The notes below the pieces were generated by a model. The model was not told the DNA's origin. It saw only the letters and a list, made by a program, of their open reading frames with translations, and made no database searches. The position numbers and the translations under genes are program-made. From IMG/VR virus record IMGVR_UViG_3300020044_008468, positions 1 through 24,239 of that record: 24,239 nucleotides of DNA. One strand, given 5' to 3'. Position 1 is the first letter of the stretch. Every line of letters begins with the position of its first letter. Positions 1 through 6,528 of the stretch are shown one piece after another. The DNA is from a virus (Duplodnaviria > Caudoviricetes).

Positions 1-195
1 AGGAGCGATCTCCTCCGCTTGTGGCAGTTCGCGACCGGGGAGGTCATCTCGGACGGACGGAGATGCTCGGTTTGTCACGGCGATGGCGCAAGCGAGAGCC
101 AAAACGAGGTTCCCGAGTATCGACAATGCTCCTCGTGCGGAGGTCTTGGATGGGATGTCCTTCCGACGGCTTGGCAACGATACTCCGACGAGTAG
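1..195 (+). CDS. 5'-truncated protein with DnaJ-type zinc finger (two CxxCxGxG motifs)
   Basis: Not in ORF track (no start in window). Frame 1 reads ...RRCSVCHGDGASESQNEVPEYRQCSSCGGLGWDVLPTAWQRYSDE then TAG at 193-195. Confidence 0.75.
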   Translation, partial: RSDLLRLWQFATGEVISDGRRCSVCHGDGASESQNEVPEYRQCSSCGGLGWDVLPTAWQRYSDE

Positions 196-253
196 GAGGG
201 TAGTGGCGAGCAAATCCAAGATTCGGATATCATTGCGAGCACGGAGGCTCGCA

Positions 254-1078
254 ATGAAAACTCGCATGATGTCGGCTCGATGTTGTTGCGGTCCCGGTCC
301 GTCACCGACATGCGATCCGATCAACGGTTATTTCGACGTTTTCGACGCGTTTTCGTCGGTCCCGGCGCAATTTCCATTGGTCACCGGGAGATGGAATCTT
401 ACGCAAGAGCCGGGAACTCTCGTCACCGCAAGCGCGGGAAAAGTCCGGATCGATCATTCTGGACTTTCGTTTCCGCAAACCGGAAACACGATCCTAGAGC
501 GTTGTGCTATCTGGGACACGTTTGAGCATGGAGGATCTTGGCCGACGACGTCCGGGATCCAATTGCGATTGAATTACCAATGGAGCAATGGAAGTTATTC
601 GCTCGACGGCCAACTCTTTGAGTCGGTGGGCGCATATCCCGATATTGCGGAGCTCTATTACGATTTGCTCTCGGGATCTTTTCGACAACGGACATTTGTT
701 CGAGCTCGTCTCGCTTACACAACCGGAGTTGGATGGAGGCATCGATTTGAGTTTGTCGATGCCTCCTCAAGCCCGGTTGTTTCCGTCACCGCGACGACGG
801 CAGTATTTTCGACATCGCGATTTTTGCCGCTCAACTCGACATTCTCGCATTCGCTCGTGATGGCCGTTGCGCCGCTGCCGTCGCAAATCTGGTTCGCTCA
901 AGACGACTCGGACAATCTCATCTACAACGAGCTCCGCGACTTGGCGCATGCCGTCTCGCCGGCCGGCGTCGCCGATGCTTGGGAGCACTTCTTGAAGCCC
1001 TACCCGGAGAAGCGATCGCTCGGCTTCACCTCGTTCGACAAAGACGGAGCGATTCTTCAAGAATACTTTCCGAGCTAA
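254..1078 (+). CDS. Hypothetical beta-rich protein with N-terminal CCC motif, resembles a phage tail-tip/receptor-binding protein
   Basis: GGAGG 243-247 before ATG 254 (in-frame GTG 203 is an alternative). MKTRMMSARCCCGPGPSPTC followed by Trp/Tyr/Thr/Ser-rich sequence. The track start at 83 overlaps the Zn-finger gene. Confidence 0.6.
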   Translation: MKTRMMSARCCCGPGPSPTCDPINGYFDVFDAFSSVPAQFPLVTGRWNLTQEPGTLVTASAGKVRIDHSGLSFPQTGNTILERCAIWDTFEHGGSWPTTSGIQLRLNYQWSNGSYSLDGQLFESVGAYPDIAELYYDLLSGSFRQRTFVRARLAYTTGVGWRHRFEFVDASSSPVVSVTATTAVFSTSRFLPLNSTFSHSLVMAVAPLPSQIWFAQDDSDNLIYNELRDLAHAVSPAGVADAWEHFLKPYPEKRSLGFTSFDKDGAILQEYFPS

Positions 1079-1110
1079 GGAGTCGCGCTCGCGGCAATGT
1101 GATCACTCAA

Positions 1111-1134
1111 AACGCTTGGCTTCGGCCAAGCGTT
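1111..1134 (+). other. Perfect 10-bp hairpin with C(UUCG)G tetraloop (copy 1)
   Basis: AACGCTTGGC-TTCG-GCCAAGCGTT. No U-tract follows on +. Homologous to 2490-2513. Confidence 0.8.
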
Positions 1135-1139
1135 ACCAC

Positions 1140-1162
1140 AAACGAAAGGGATGAGCAATGCA
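1140..1162 (+). repeat. Duplicated leader/RBS/start element (copy 1)
   Basis: AAACGAAAGGGATGAGCAATGCA; matches 2161-2184 except for one extra A there. Confidence 0.85.
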
Positions 1163-1370
1163 GGTGATTGGACGGATTGTGCTAAATGCCGCCGGGAGCT
1201 CGCGCACGATTGAATGGAGCATCGTGCTCCAAGAGTTTCCCGAATACCGGCTCTTCGGCTATGAGATCAAGGAGGGGGACCGAGTCGTCTGGTCGTTGAT
1301 CGGCCATGAGACGCTTGAGCGAGTTTGGGAGGACGCGATCGCTCAATTGAGCAAATTGAAGAAGTTCTAG
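1158..1370 (+). CDS. Small hypothetical protein (70 aa)
   Basis: ATG within the repeated leader. Its TAG stop overlaps the first base of the ribozyme. Confidence 0.75.
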   Translation: MQVIGRIVLNAAGSSRTIEWSIVLQEFPEYRLFGYEIKEGDRVVWSLIGHETLERVWEDAIAQLSKLKKF

Positions 1371-1432
1371 CCGAAACGCCTCTTGCGAGGCGTCATGTCC
1401 GGATTGACCTCCGGCGTCTGACGAGGCAGGTT
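1370..1432 (+). ncRNA. Type II hammerhead self-cleaving ribozyme with loop I/3'-tail pseudoknot
   Basis: GCC(1370-72) GAAA(1373-76); stem III ACGCCTC-ttgc-GAGGCGT; cleavage triplet GTC 1392-94; stem I ATGtCCGG-attgacct-CCGGCGT; core CTGACGA 1418-24; GGC 1425-27 closes stem II; loop GACCT 1406-10 pairs with AGGTT 1428-32. All catalytic-core nucleotides are present. Confidence 0.93.
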
Positions 1433-1467
1433 CCTCGAATCACTTCTTTGCTCAGGAGCTTTTAACC

Positions 1468-1734
1468 ATGCCAACTGGCCGTACAAACTGGGTGACTCGC
1501 CACATATTCACGGTTCCCATCCTCCACCGAGAGGTCGCCGCAGACCTCGTCGGAGACTTCGTGTCGGATCACAAGCTGAAGGTAGACGCAGAGTGGCATT
1601 ACTCGCCCAATGGCGACCTCGCGCATCTCTGGGTGACGGGCTCTCGGGCCTCGCTCCAGCGAATAGAGGATTATGCCGCTGGGTATCAACTCGGCTACGA
1701 CAAAGGCTACGACCTCGGATGCAAATTGGGTTGA
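1468..1734 (+). CDS. Small hypothetical protein (88 aa), probable distant paralog of 2180-2464
   Basis: AGGAG RBS 1454-58. LWVTGSRASLQRIEDYAAGY motif. C-terminal GxxxG repeats (GYQLGYDKGYDLG). Confidence 0.8.
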   Translation: MPTGRTNWVTRHIFTVPILHREVAADLVGDFVSDHKLKVDAEWHYSPNGDLAHLWVTGSRASLQRIEDYAAGYQLGYDKGYDLGCKLG

Positions 1735-1765
1735 GACGCACAACACCAACGAAAGAAAAAGAACG

Positions 1766-2029
1766 ATGTCTGATTTTACGACGATTCAATTGACCGGCGG
1801 ATGCCTCGGCAGCGACACGATGGAAGTTCGGTGCGTGTTATCGCGAGCCGAAGCTCCCGTCCAAGTGGACTACCATGAAGGCAATGGATGGGAATTCACG
1901 CAATTTCAGGGAGGCGATTGCCGAGGCCGAGTTTCCGCATTGGTCGCGATCGCTCGCGGCCTCGCGGCTCATGCCGTTGGCGCGAGCGAAGAGGAGGCCA
2001 ATGCTTGCACTTGGATCGTGCTCCCATAG
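1766..2029 (+). CDS. Small hypothetical protein (87 aa)
   Basis: ATG 1766 (MSDFTTIQLTGG) after an A-rich leader AACGAAAGAAAAAGAACG. The track start at 1673 overlaps the previous gene. Confidence 0.7.
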   Translation: MSDFTTIQLTGGCLGSDTMEVRCVLSRAEAPVQVDYHEGNGWEFTQFQGGDCRGRVSALVAIARGLAAHAVGASEEEANACTWIVLP

Positions 2030-2060
2030 CGGGATTTGGTGTCTCCGAGTCGGGCTCCGG

Positions 2061-2130
2061 AAAAAAAGTCCCAAATACTTCCAAAAATGGTCCCATTTGG
2101 GATTGCCGACGTCCGATACCTTGATATCAT
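2061..2130 (+). promoter_or_regulatory. sigma70-like promoter with A-rich upstream element and operator-like repeats
   Basis: -35 TTGCCG 2103-08, 16-nt spacer, -10 TATCAT 2125-30. Upstream A-tracts. TCCCAAAT 2069-76 is inverted to ATTTGGGA 2095-2102. Lies in the longest intergenic gap of the window. Confidence 0.55.
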
Positions 2131-2160
2131 GGAAGAGTCGGAGCGAGAAACCAACAACCG

Positions 2161-2184
2161 AAACGAAAAGGGATGAGCAATGCA
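2161..2184 (+). repeat. Duplicated leader/RBS/start element (copy 2)
   Basis: AAACGAAAAGGGATGAGCAATGCA, compare 1140-1162. Confidence 0.85.
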
Positions 2185-2464
2185 AGATGAAATGATCGAA
2201 GGTTTGGCTTACGTTAGCGGCATGGATAGCGAATCGGAATGCCGGCTGATTACAACGGCTTTGATCGGCCTTCGTGATAGTGGCGAGGCGAGTCTTTGGT
2301 TCGATCTCCTCGTCGTCGGGACAACGGCTGGTCCCAGCAAGACGGTGATCACGCTTCAGGTTCGCGGAGCCACTCGCCGCGACTTGGATCTCATGCGGAT
2401 GTATGTTCACGGCTGGAGGACGGCGCGACGGCTCTCGGCGATGTCCGAAGCCGCGATCAAGTAG
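2180..2464 (+). CDS. Small hypothetical protein (94 aa)
   Basis: ATG in the repeated leader. LQVRGATRRDLDLMRMYVHGW resembles the motif in 1468-1734. Confidence 0.75.
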   Translation: MQDEMIEGLAYVSGMDSESECRLITTALIGLRDSGEASLWFDLLVVGTTAGPSKTVITLQVRGATRRDLDLMRMYVHGWRTARRLSAMSEAAIK

Positions 2465-2477
2465 GCGAGTCGGCTCC

Positions 2478-2527
2478 GCTCTTGGCAACAACGCTCGGCT
2501 TCGGCCGGGCGTTGTTTGCCGGAGAGC
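2478..2527 (+). other. Long hairpin with C(UUCG)G tetraloop (copy 2)
   Basis: Core AACGCTCGGC-TTCG-GCCGGGCGTT 2490-2513, extended by GCTCTTGGCAAC / GTTTGCCGGAGAGC pairing. Confidence 0.8.
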
Positions 2528-2575
2528 ACAAGCAACGTCACGAGCTCTAGTTTTTTTAACCGAAGGAGAGACAAA

Positions 2576-2944
2576 ATGAAGATGAAGCTCGAAACGATCA
2601 AAGGCAATTACGAGTCGGAGTCGTTGCGCGATTTGCGCGAATGGCTCGAAACGCATCAACCGGCATTCGCGACGATCCTCGTATGGTCGCGGGATCGCGA
2701 AGTCTACGAGCAAGCCAACTTGCGCGATGACCTCCCGGTCACCGAGGCGTTGATCGATGCGATTGCTCAAATCGTGCTCGATGTTTACGATTCCGGCGAA
2801 TACGAGGGGGACAACGAGATGCCTCATCGCCTTTGCTTCCATCAAATCGCGGCTCGTCTGGAGCGAACCCTAGAAGAGTCCGATCCAGACGACATTGAGA
2901 CGGCGATTCGCTTCGCCGGCCATGATTTGCATCGCGAAGTCTAG
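2576..2944 (+). CDS. Acidic hypothetical protein (122 aa)
   Basis: AAGGAG 2563-68 before ATG 2576. Confidence 0.75.
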   Translation: MKMKLETIKGNYESESLRDLREWLETHQPAFATILVWSRDREVYEQANLRDDLPVTEALIDAIAQIVLDVYDSGEYEGDNEMPHRLCFHQIAARLERTLEESDPDDIETAIRFAGHDLHREV

Positions 2945-2949
2945 TAACT

Positions 2950-3027
2950 TGCTCCGCATTCAAGCGGAGCGGTAATGCAAAGCCGGCTTGCATCCTTGTG
3001 GACGCAAGCCGGCTTGGTTTGTTTGCA
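2950..3027 (+). other. Intergenic double stem-loop upstream of the RHH gene
   Basis: GCTCCGC-attcaa-GCGGAGC, then AAGCCGGCTTGC-atccttgtggac-GCAAGCCGGCTT, with outer TGCAAA/TTTGCA complementarity. Confidence 0.6.
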
Positions 3028-3047
3028 GACACAAAAGGAGAGAACTT

Positions 3048-3230
3048 ATGCAACGGTTGGCGATCAAAGTCTACTTGGTATCAAATCTCTTGAAGGCTCT
3101 TCGAGCCGATGCCAAGGCATCCAAGACGACGGTTCAAGCCGTTATTTTGGCTTGCCTAGCAACGCACTATGGGATCGATGTCCCGGCTCCGGTGCGCGGC
3201 CGGCCGTCAAAAAAGGTTGTGAAGCGATAA
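3048..3230 (+). CDS. Ribbon-helix-helix (CopG/Arc-like) DNA-binding protein with C-terminal RGRP motif
   Basis: AAGGAG 3035-40, ATG 3048. 60 aa: beta strand AIKVYL, helix SNLLKALRADAKAS, turn KTT, helix VQAVILACLATHY, then VRGRPSKK. Confidence 0.7.
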   Translation: MQRLAIKVYLVSNLLKALRADAKASKTTVQAVILACLATHYGIDVPAPVRGRPSKKVVKR

Positions 3231-3247
3231 GCAATAGGAGGACTTTC

Positions 3248-3505
3248 ATGAACAGCGAAGACAAAATGCGGCTCGTCGCTTTGCGCAGCATCGAGCGAGC
3301 AAGCCGCTCGATCTTTTCATCGATCGAATCGATCGCGGGAATTTTGCACGAAATGCCGGCCTTGGAGGACATCACCGACGAGGAGCGGCAACTCATCGAC
3401 TCCGCGAGCGCATGGATATCGCTCGCGCCATTCTTGGTCGAGAGCCGGATCCGCAAGTCGTTTGCGGCGAAGCTCGGCAAATCCCTGAACGCAAAGCCCG
3501 ATTAA
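3248..3505 (+). CDS. Small helical hypothetical protein (85 aa)
   Basis: AGGAGG RBS before ATG 3248. Stop overlaps the stop of the convergent gene (TTAA 3502-05). Confidence 0.75.
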   Translation: MNSEDKMRLVALRSIERASRSIFSSIESIAGILHEMPALEDITDEERQLIDSASAWISLAPFLVESRIRKSFAAKLGKSLNAKPD

Positions 3506-3882
3506 GAGGCCGACGAGGACGCCGAAGCTATCGCGGGCGTGAGCGTTTGGGGCGTCCCAATGCCGGCGAGGCGAAGCGATACCGTCTCGTTGGTTTGCCT
3601 CGTGATGCTCGTGCCTCCAGTTTGAATTTCGATCTCGATCCGACATCCTTGCGGATCGAGGTCTTTTGTTTGGTCTCCCGAGACGGGAACCGACACAATG
3701 CCTTGCGCCCATGATCCATTGCTTGGCTCGGCGATGACCCAAGGGCCGGCAAGATGCCGGCCGGCGATCGAAACGAGCGATGCTCGGACCGTCGCTCCGC
3801 TCGGGATCGAGTAAGCAACTCCGTCGGTTGTGACCAAGACCGAGAGCGGAAGCGTGTCGCCGATATAAAGTATCCTCGTCAT
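3502..3882 (-). CDS. Putative virion protein, BppU-N/Ig-like (126 aa)
   Basis: ATG 3882 overlaps upstream TGA (ATGA). IGDTLPLSVLV...SGATVRASL...IEIEI pattern. Confidence 0.6.
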   Translation of the reverse strand: MTRILYIGDTLPLSVLVTTDGVAYSIPSGATVRASLVSIAGRHLAGPWVIAEPSNGSWAQGIVSVPVSGDQTKDLDPQGCRIEIEIQTGGTSITRQTNETVSLRLAGIGTPQTLTPAIASASSSAS

Positions 3883-4802
3883 ACCAAAACTCCCGCCGGC
3901 CGCGCCGGCTTTCTTGGTGCGGTGAAGCTTGCGCCTCGAATCGAAACGGTAAAAACAGTTTCGATATCTGCGCATAACGCAAAAGTTTGCCGATCGGCGA
4001 CCAAATCCCAATCGAGTCCTCCAGCGACAATTCCCGGAGGCATGACGATTGCGATTGCCGAGGCAACGTCGGCAACAAGAGCTCCACCGATTGCGACTCG
4101 CGGCGATGAAACAGAGCCGCTTGCCAAAATCACCGGAGGGACAAGCGTCACGAGAGATGATGTCGTCGGAGCAATTGCGGCCGCGATCGAGGATACGACG
4201 TCGACCGCGATCGTCATTGAGCCGAGAACATCTGGAGCAATCGCGGTTGCGATGGACGTCGCAAGGCCGGGAATGATCGATCCTTCGAGTCCCAAGTTAA
4301 TCGCGATGATCGCTCCATGCGATTCGATTATTGGAACCGCGATCGAGACGGTCGCTCCGGCGATCGGCTCAATCAAGCTCGACGAGCTCGTGACGATCGG
4401 AGCCGCGATCGAAACGGTCGCTCCGGCGATCGGCTCAATTACACTCGACGAGCTCGTGACGATGGGAGCCGCGATCGAAACGGTCGCTCCGGCGATCGGC
4501 TCAATTACACTCGACGAGCTTATGACAATCGGAGTCGCGATCTGCAACGAGACAAAGATCGGCACGAGTCCCGAACCCTGCCAACAAGCGAGCGAGCTAT
4601 CTTGCCAATTGATTAAATCGCCGGCTTGATCGCTCCACTCGGGCTCCGGCAAATATTTGACGCCGGCGACAACGACCGGAACTTGGAGCGAAATTGCAAA
4701 ATTGGATGCCGGAGCGAGCAAGCTCGCCGAGCTTGCAATTACGGGAGCCGTTATCGTTTGAGGCGTCGCGGTCTCGATCGCGACGCGAAGAATTCGTCTC
4801 AT
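3879..4802 (-). CDS. Ala/Ser/Ile/Val/Pro-rich repeat protein (putative fibre/virion protein)
   Basis: ATGA-coupled at both ends. 22-aa repeats SSSSVIEPIAGATVSIAAPIVT. Confidence 0.7.
   Translation of the reverse strand: MRRILRVAIETATPQTITAPVIASSASLLAPASNFAISLQVPVVVAGVKYLPEPEWSDQAGDLINWQDSSLACWQGSGLVPIFVSLQIATPIVISSSSVIEPIAGATVSIAAPIVTSSSSVIEPIAGATVSIAAPIVTSSSSLIEPIAGATVSIAVPIIESHGAIIAINLGLEGSIIPGLATSIATAIAPDVLGSMTIAVDVVSSIAAAIAPTTSSLVTLVPPVILASGSVSSPRVAIGGALVADVASAIAIVMPPGIVAGGLDWDLVADRQTFALCADIETVFTVSIRGASFTAPRKPARPAGVLV
4337..4542. repeat. 66-bp tandem repeat, about 3 near-identical copies (in-frame)
   Basis: Units start at 4337, 4403 and 4469 (ccgcgatcgaracggtcgctccggcgatcggctcaat...). 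Confidence 0.92.
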
Positions 4803-5500
4803 CGGCGCGTATACCCTATTCCTCGTTGCGAAGCCAGCAATCGTATTTCTTCGACGTCCAACATTCGCTGCCGAATCGAAACATCATCGATCGCGCCGGT
4901 AAACGGCGAAACTTGAGATCCAGAATCTCGCCTCGCGCCGATGCACAAAACAGATTGATTCTGAGCAACAATCGTCGAATTGCTTGTTGATGCGACGAGA
5001 GCTCCATCGATCCACAATTGTGCAATGCCTCTTGCACGCGATCTTTGAGCGACAATGTGATGCCAGCCCCAAGAGTATGCCGACGACGTCTGAACAATCG
5101 TCGAATTTATCCAGTTAGCGGTGATTGAGTCGTTCGTGTTCTGGAAAAGCCGAAAAAAGACTCCGGTTGTCCCGATCGACATCGGAATTCGATTCGCGGT
5201 TTGGAATTGGGTTTGAAGCCAAATCGAGATCGAGATCGTGTTTGGCTCGCAAGCAAACGTAGGGAACGCAAACCCTCCGTTTGTCGCTTCGAGAAAATAG
5301 ATCGTCGGCAAGCCGTTCTCGATCGTCCACCTCGACGGCAGATAGTTTGTGGCGATCGATACTTGGCTTGTAATGTGATCCCACAAGCGCGATCCGCTAT
5401 GTCCAAGGCATGGAGCCGTCGCGAAGATGCAATCCGCCCATAGGCTCGGGTAAGCCGAGTCTTCCGCGATCCCATAATCGGCGTACGAGGGGATCATCAT
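4799..5500 (-). CDS. LamG / concanavalin-A-like lectin domain protein
   Basis: TISISIW, WHHIVAQR, LWIDGALV, LCIGAR, FTGAIDDVSI...LDVEEIRLL motifs. Confidence 0.88.
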   Translation of the reverse strand: MMIPSYADYGIAEDSAYPSLWADCIFATAPCLGHSGSRLWDHITSQVSIATNYLPSRWTIENGLPTIYFLEATNGGFAFPTFACEPNTISISIWLQTQFQTANRIPMSIGTTGVFFRLFQNTNDSITANWINSTIVQTSSAYSWGWHHIVAQRSRARGIAQLWIDGALVASTSNSTIVAQNQSVLCIGARRDSGSQVSPFTGAIDDVSIRQRMLDVEEIRLLASQRGIGYTRR

Positions 5501-6051
5501 GTCTCCGAAACTTGCACTCGACGAGGGATTACCAAAATGCGACTATCGTTGTTTGCTGGAGTCCCCTCGGTTTTTATCGCGACTCCAAGCGAATTTCGCA
5601 CAACGGCCACAACATATCGTCCTCGAGGCCTCCAAATCACCGGAGCTTGCCGAAGAATCTTATCGGCCTCGGGAGTTGCCACTAAAACGCAAGCCGCCGG
5701 ACCGAGAAGAGGCAACGCTTGTGCGAGCGTCGCGGCCGTTTGCGCGGAAGGAGGATATGCTCCGTCGCCTCCGGTAACAAAGCCCGGCCAAATCGAATTA
5801 TCGTTGCTAGAAATTAACCAGAGCTCGCAAGTGTTTCCCGCCGTCGGAGCGGTTCCGGTCGCGGTCTCTACTCGGAAATAGACAATGTATTCGTCGCTAA
5901 ATGATTCGCCGAGATCCGCCGAGGCCGACATTCGAGCCGAACCAGAAGCAAGCCCATTAAGCGAAAGCGAATGAGTTACATCCGTAGCGGTTGGCTCGCC
6001 AAAGACATATTCTGGGCCTTGCTTGACGTCGATAAAATCGGGGAGAGCCAT
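5497..6051 (-). CDS. Hypothetical phage virion protein (184 aa)
   Basis: Clean ORF in the operon, GGAG RBS, ATGA coupling, beta-rich (TAPTAGNTCELWL). Confidence 0.7.
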   Translation of the reverse strand: MALPDFIDVKQGPEYVFGEPTATDVTHSLSLNGLASGSARMSASADLGESFSDEYIVYFRVETATGTAPTAGNTCELWLISSNDNSIWPGFVTGGDGAYPPSAQTAATLAQALPLLGPAACVLVATPEADKILRQAPVIWRPRGRYVVAVVRNSLGVAIKTEGTPANNDSRILVIPRRVQVSET

Positions 6052-6054
6052 TGA

Positions 6055-6528
6055 TCACGCTCCTTCCGGTATTGGTTGAATCGTTCCGCTTGGCCTCCAA
6101 GGAGCGACAATCTCCGCGATTTGCGAGCCATCAAAAATTTGTCGCTTCGTTCCGAGCTCGGAGAGAGCAACAAATTCTCCAGCCGTAAGAATGTTGGCTT
6201 CGGCAAGGCCTTCGAGCAAGTTGAGTAGTGCGGGATGCTGAAAGTCGACTCCTCCGGCTTGTGGCGCGAGCCATCTTAAGCCGCGAGCGACAAGAGAGGA
6301 TCCCGGAGCTCCCGAGCTCGCAAACGATTCAAGCTTCGTCAAAATTGCATCGGCGAGAACGGGACCAAGTTCCGCGAAAAGCGAACGCTCGGTGATGAGT
6401 TCTCCCGTAGGGATCCTCGGCGCGAGATTGGACAAAGCTTCCGCGAGCGATTGGTCGTCGCCGGCTTCGACATATGCGCGCAATTCTGGCGAGGCAAGGA
6501 TTGCTGCTCGCATCTCGTCTATTGTCAT
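6055..6528 (-). CDS. Hypothetical phage protein (157 aa)
   Basis: ATGA overlap with upstream gene, GAGGG RBS, helical sequence with GGVDF motif. Confidence 0.75.
   Translation of the reverse strand: MTIDEMRAAILASPELRAYVEAGDDQSLAEALSNLAPRIPTGELITERSLFAELGPVLADAILTKLESFASSGAPGSSLVARGLRWLAPQAGGVDFQHPALLNLLEGLAEANILTAGEFVALSELGTKRQIFDGSQIAEIVAPWRPSGTIQPIPEGA

Noticed and set aside
1080-2530. Integron attC sites or CRISPR repeats
   Set aside because: No consistent RYYYAAC/GTTRRRY box architecture, no integrase or cas genes, and the repeats are separated by whole genes.
1838-2845. 335-aa minus-strand ORF
   Set aside because: Antisense shadow of plus-strand genes that have RBSs and a promoter; no recognisable motifs.
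2970-3032. Possible twister ribozyme (TAA-TGCAAA...TTTGCA-GA)
   Set aside because: Lacks the conserved L4 loop, the two pseudoknots and a P1 stem; kept only as an unexplained structure.
4337-4542. DGR template/variable repeat pair
   Set aside because: Adjacent in-frame tandem units, differences not adenine-specific, and no reverse transcriptase in the window.
3754-4629. 291-aa plus-strand repeat ORF
   Set aside because: Mirror of the ATGA-coupled minus-strand repeat gene.
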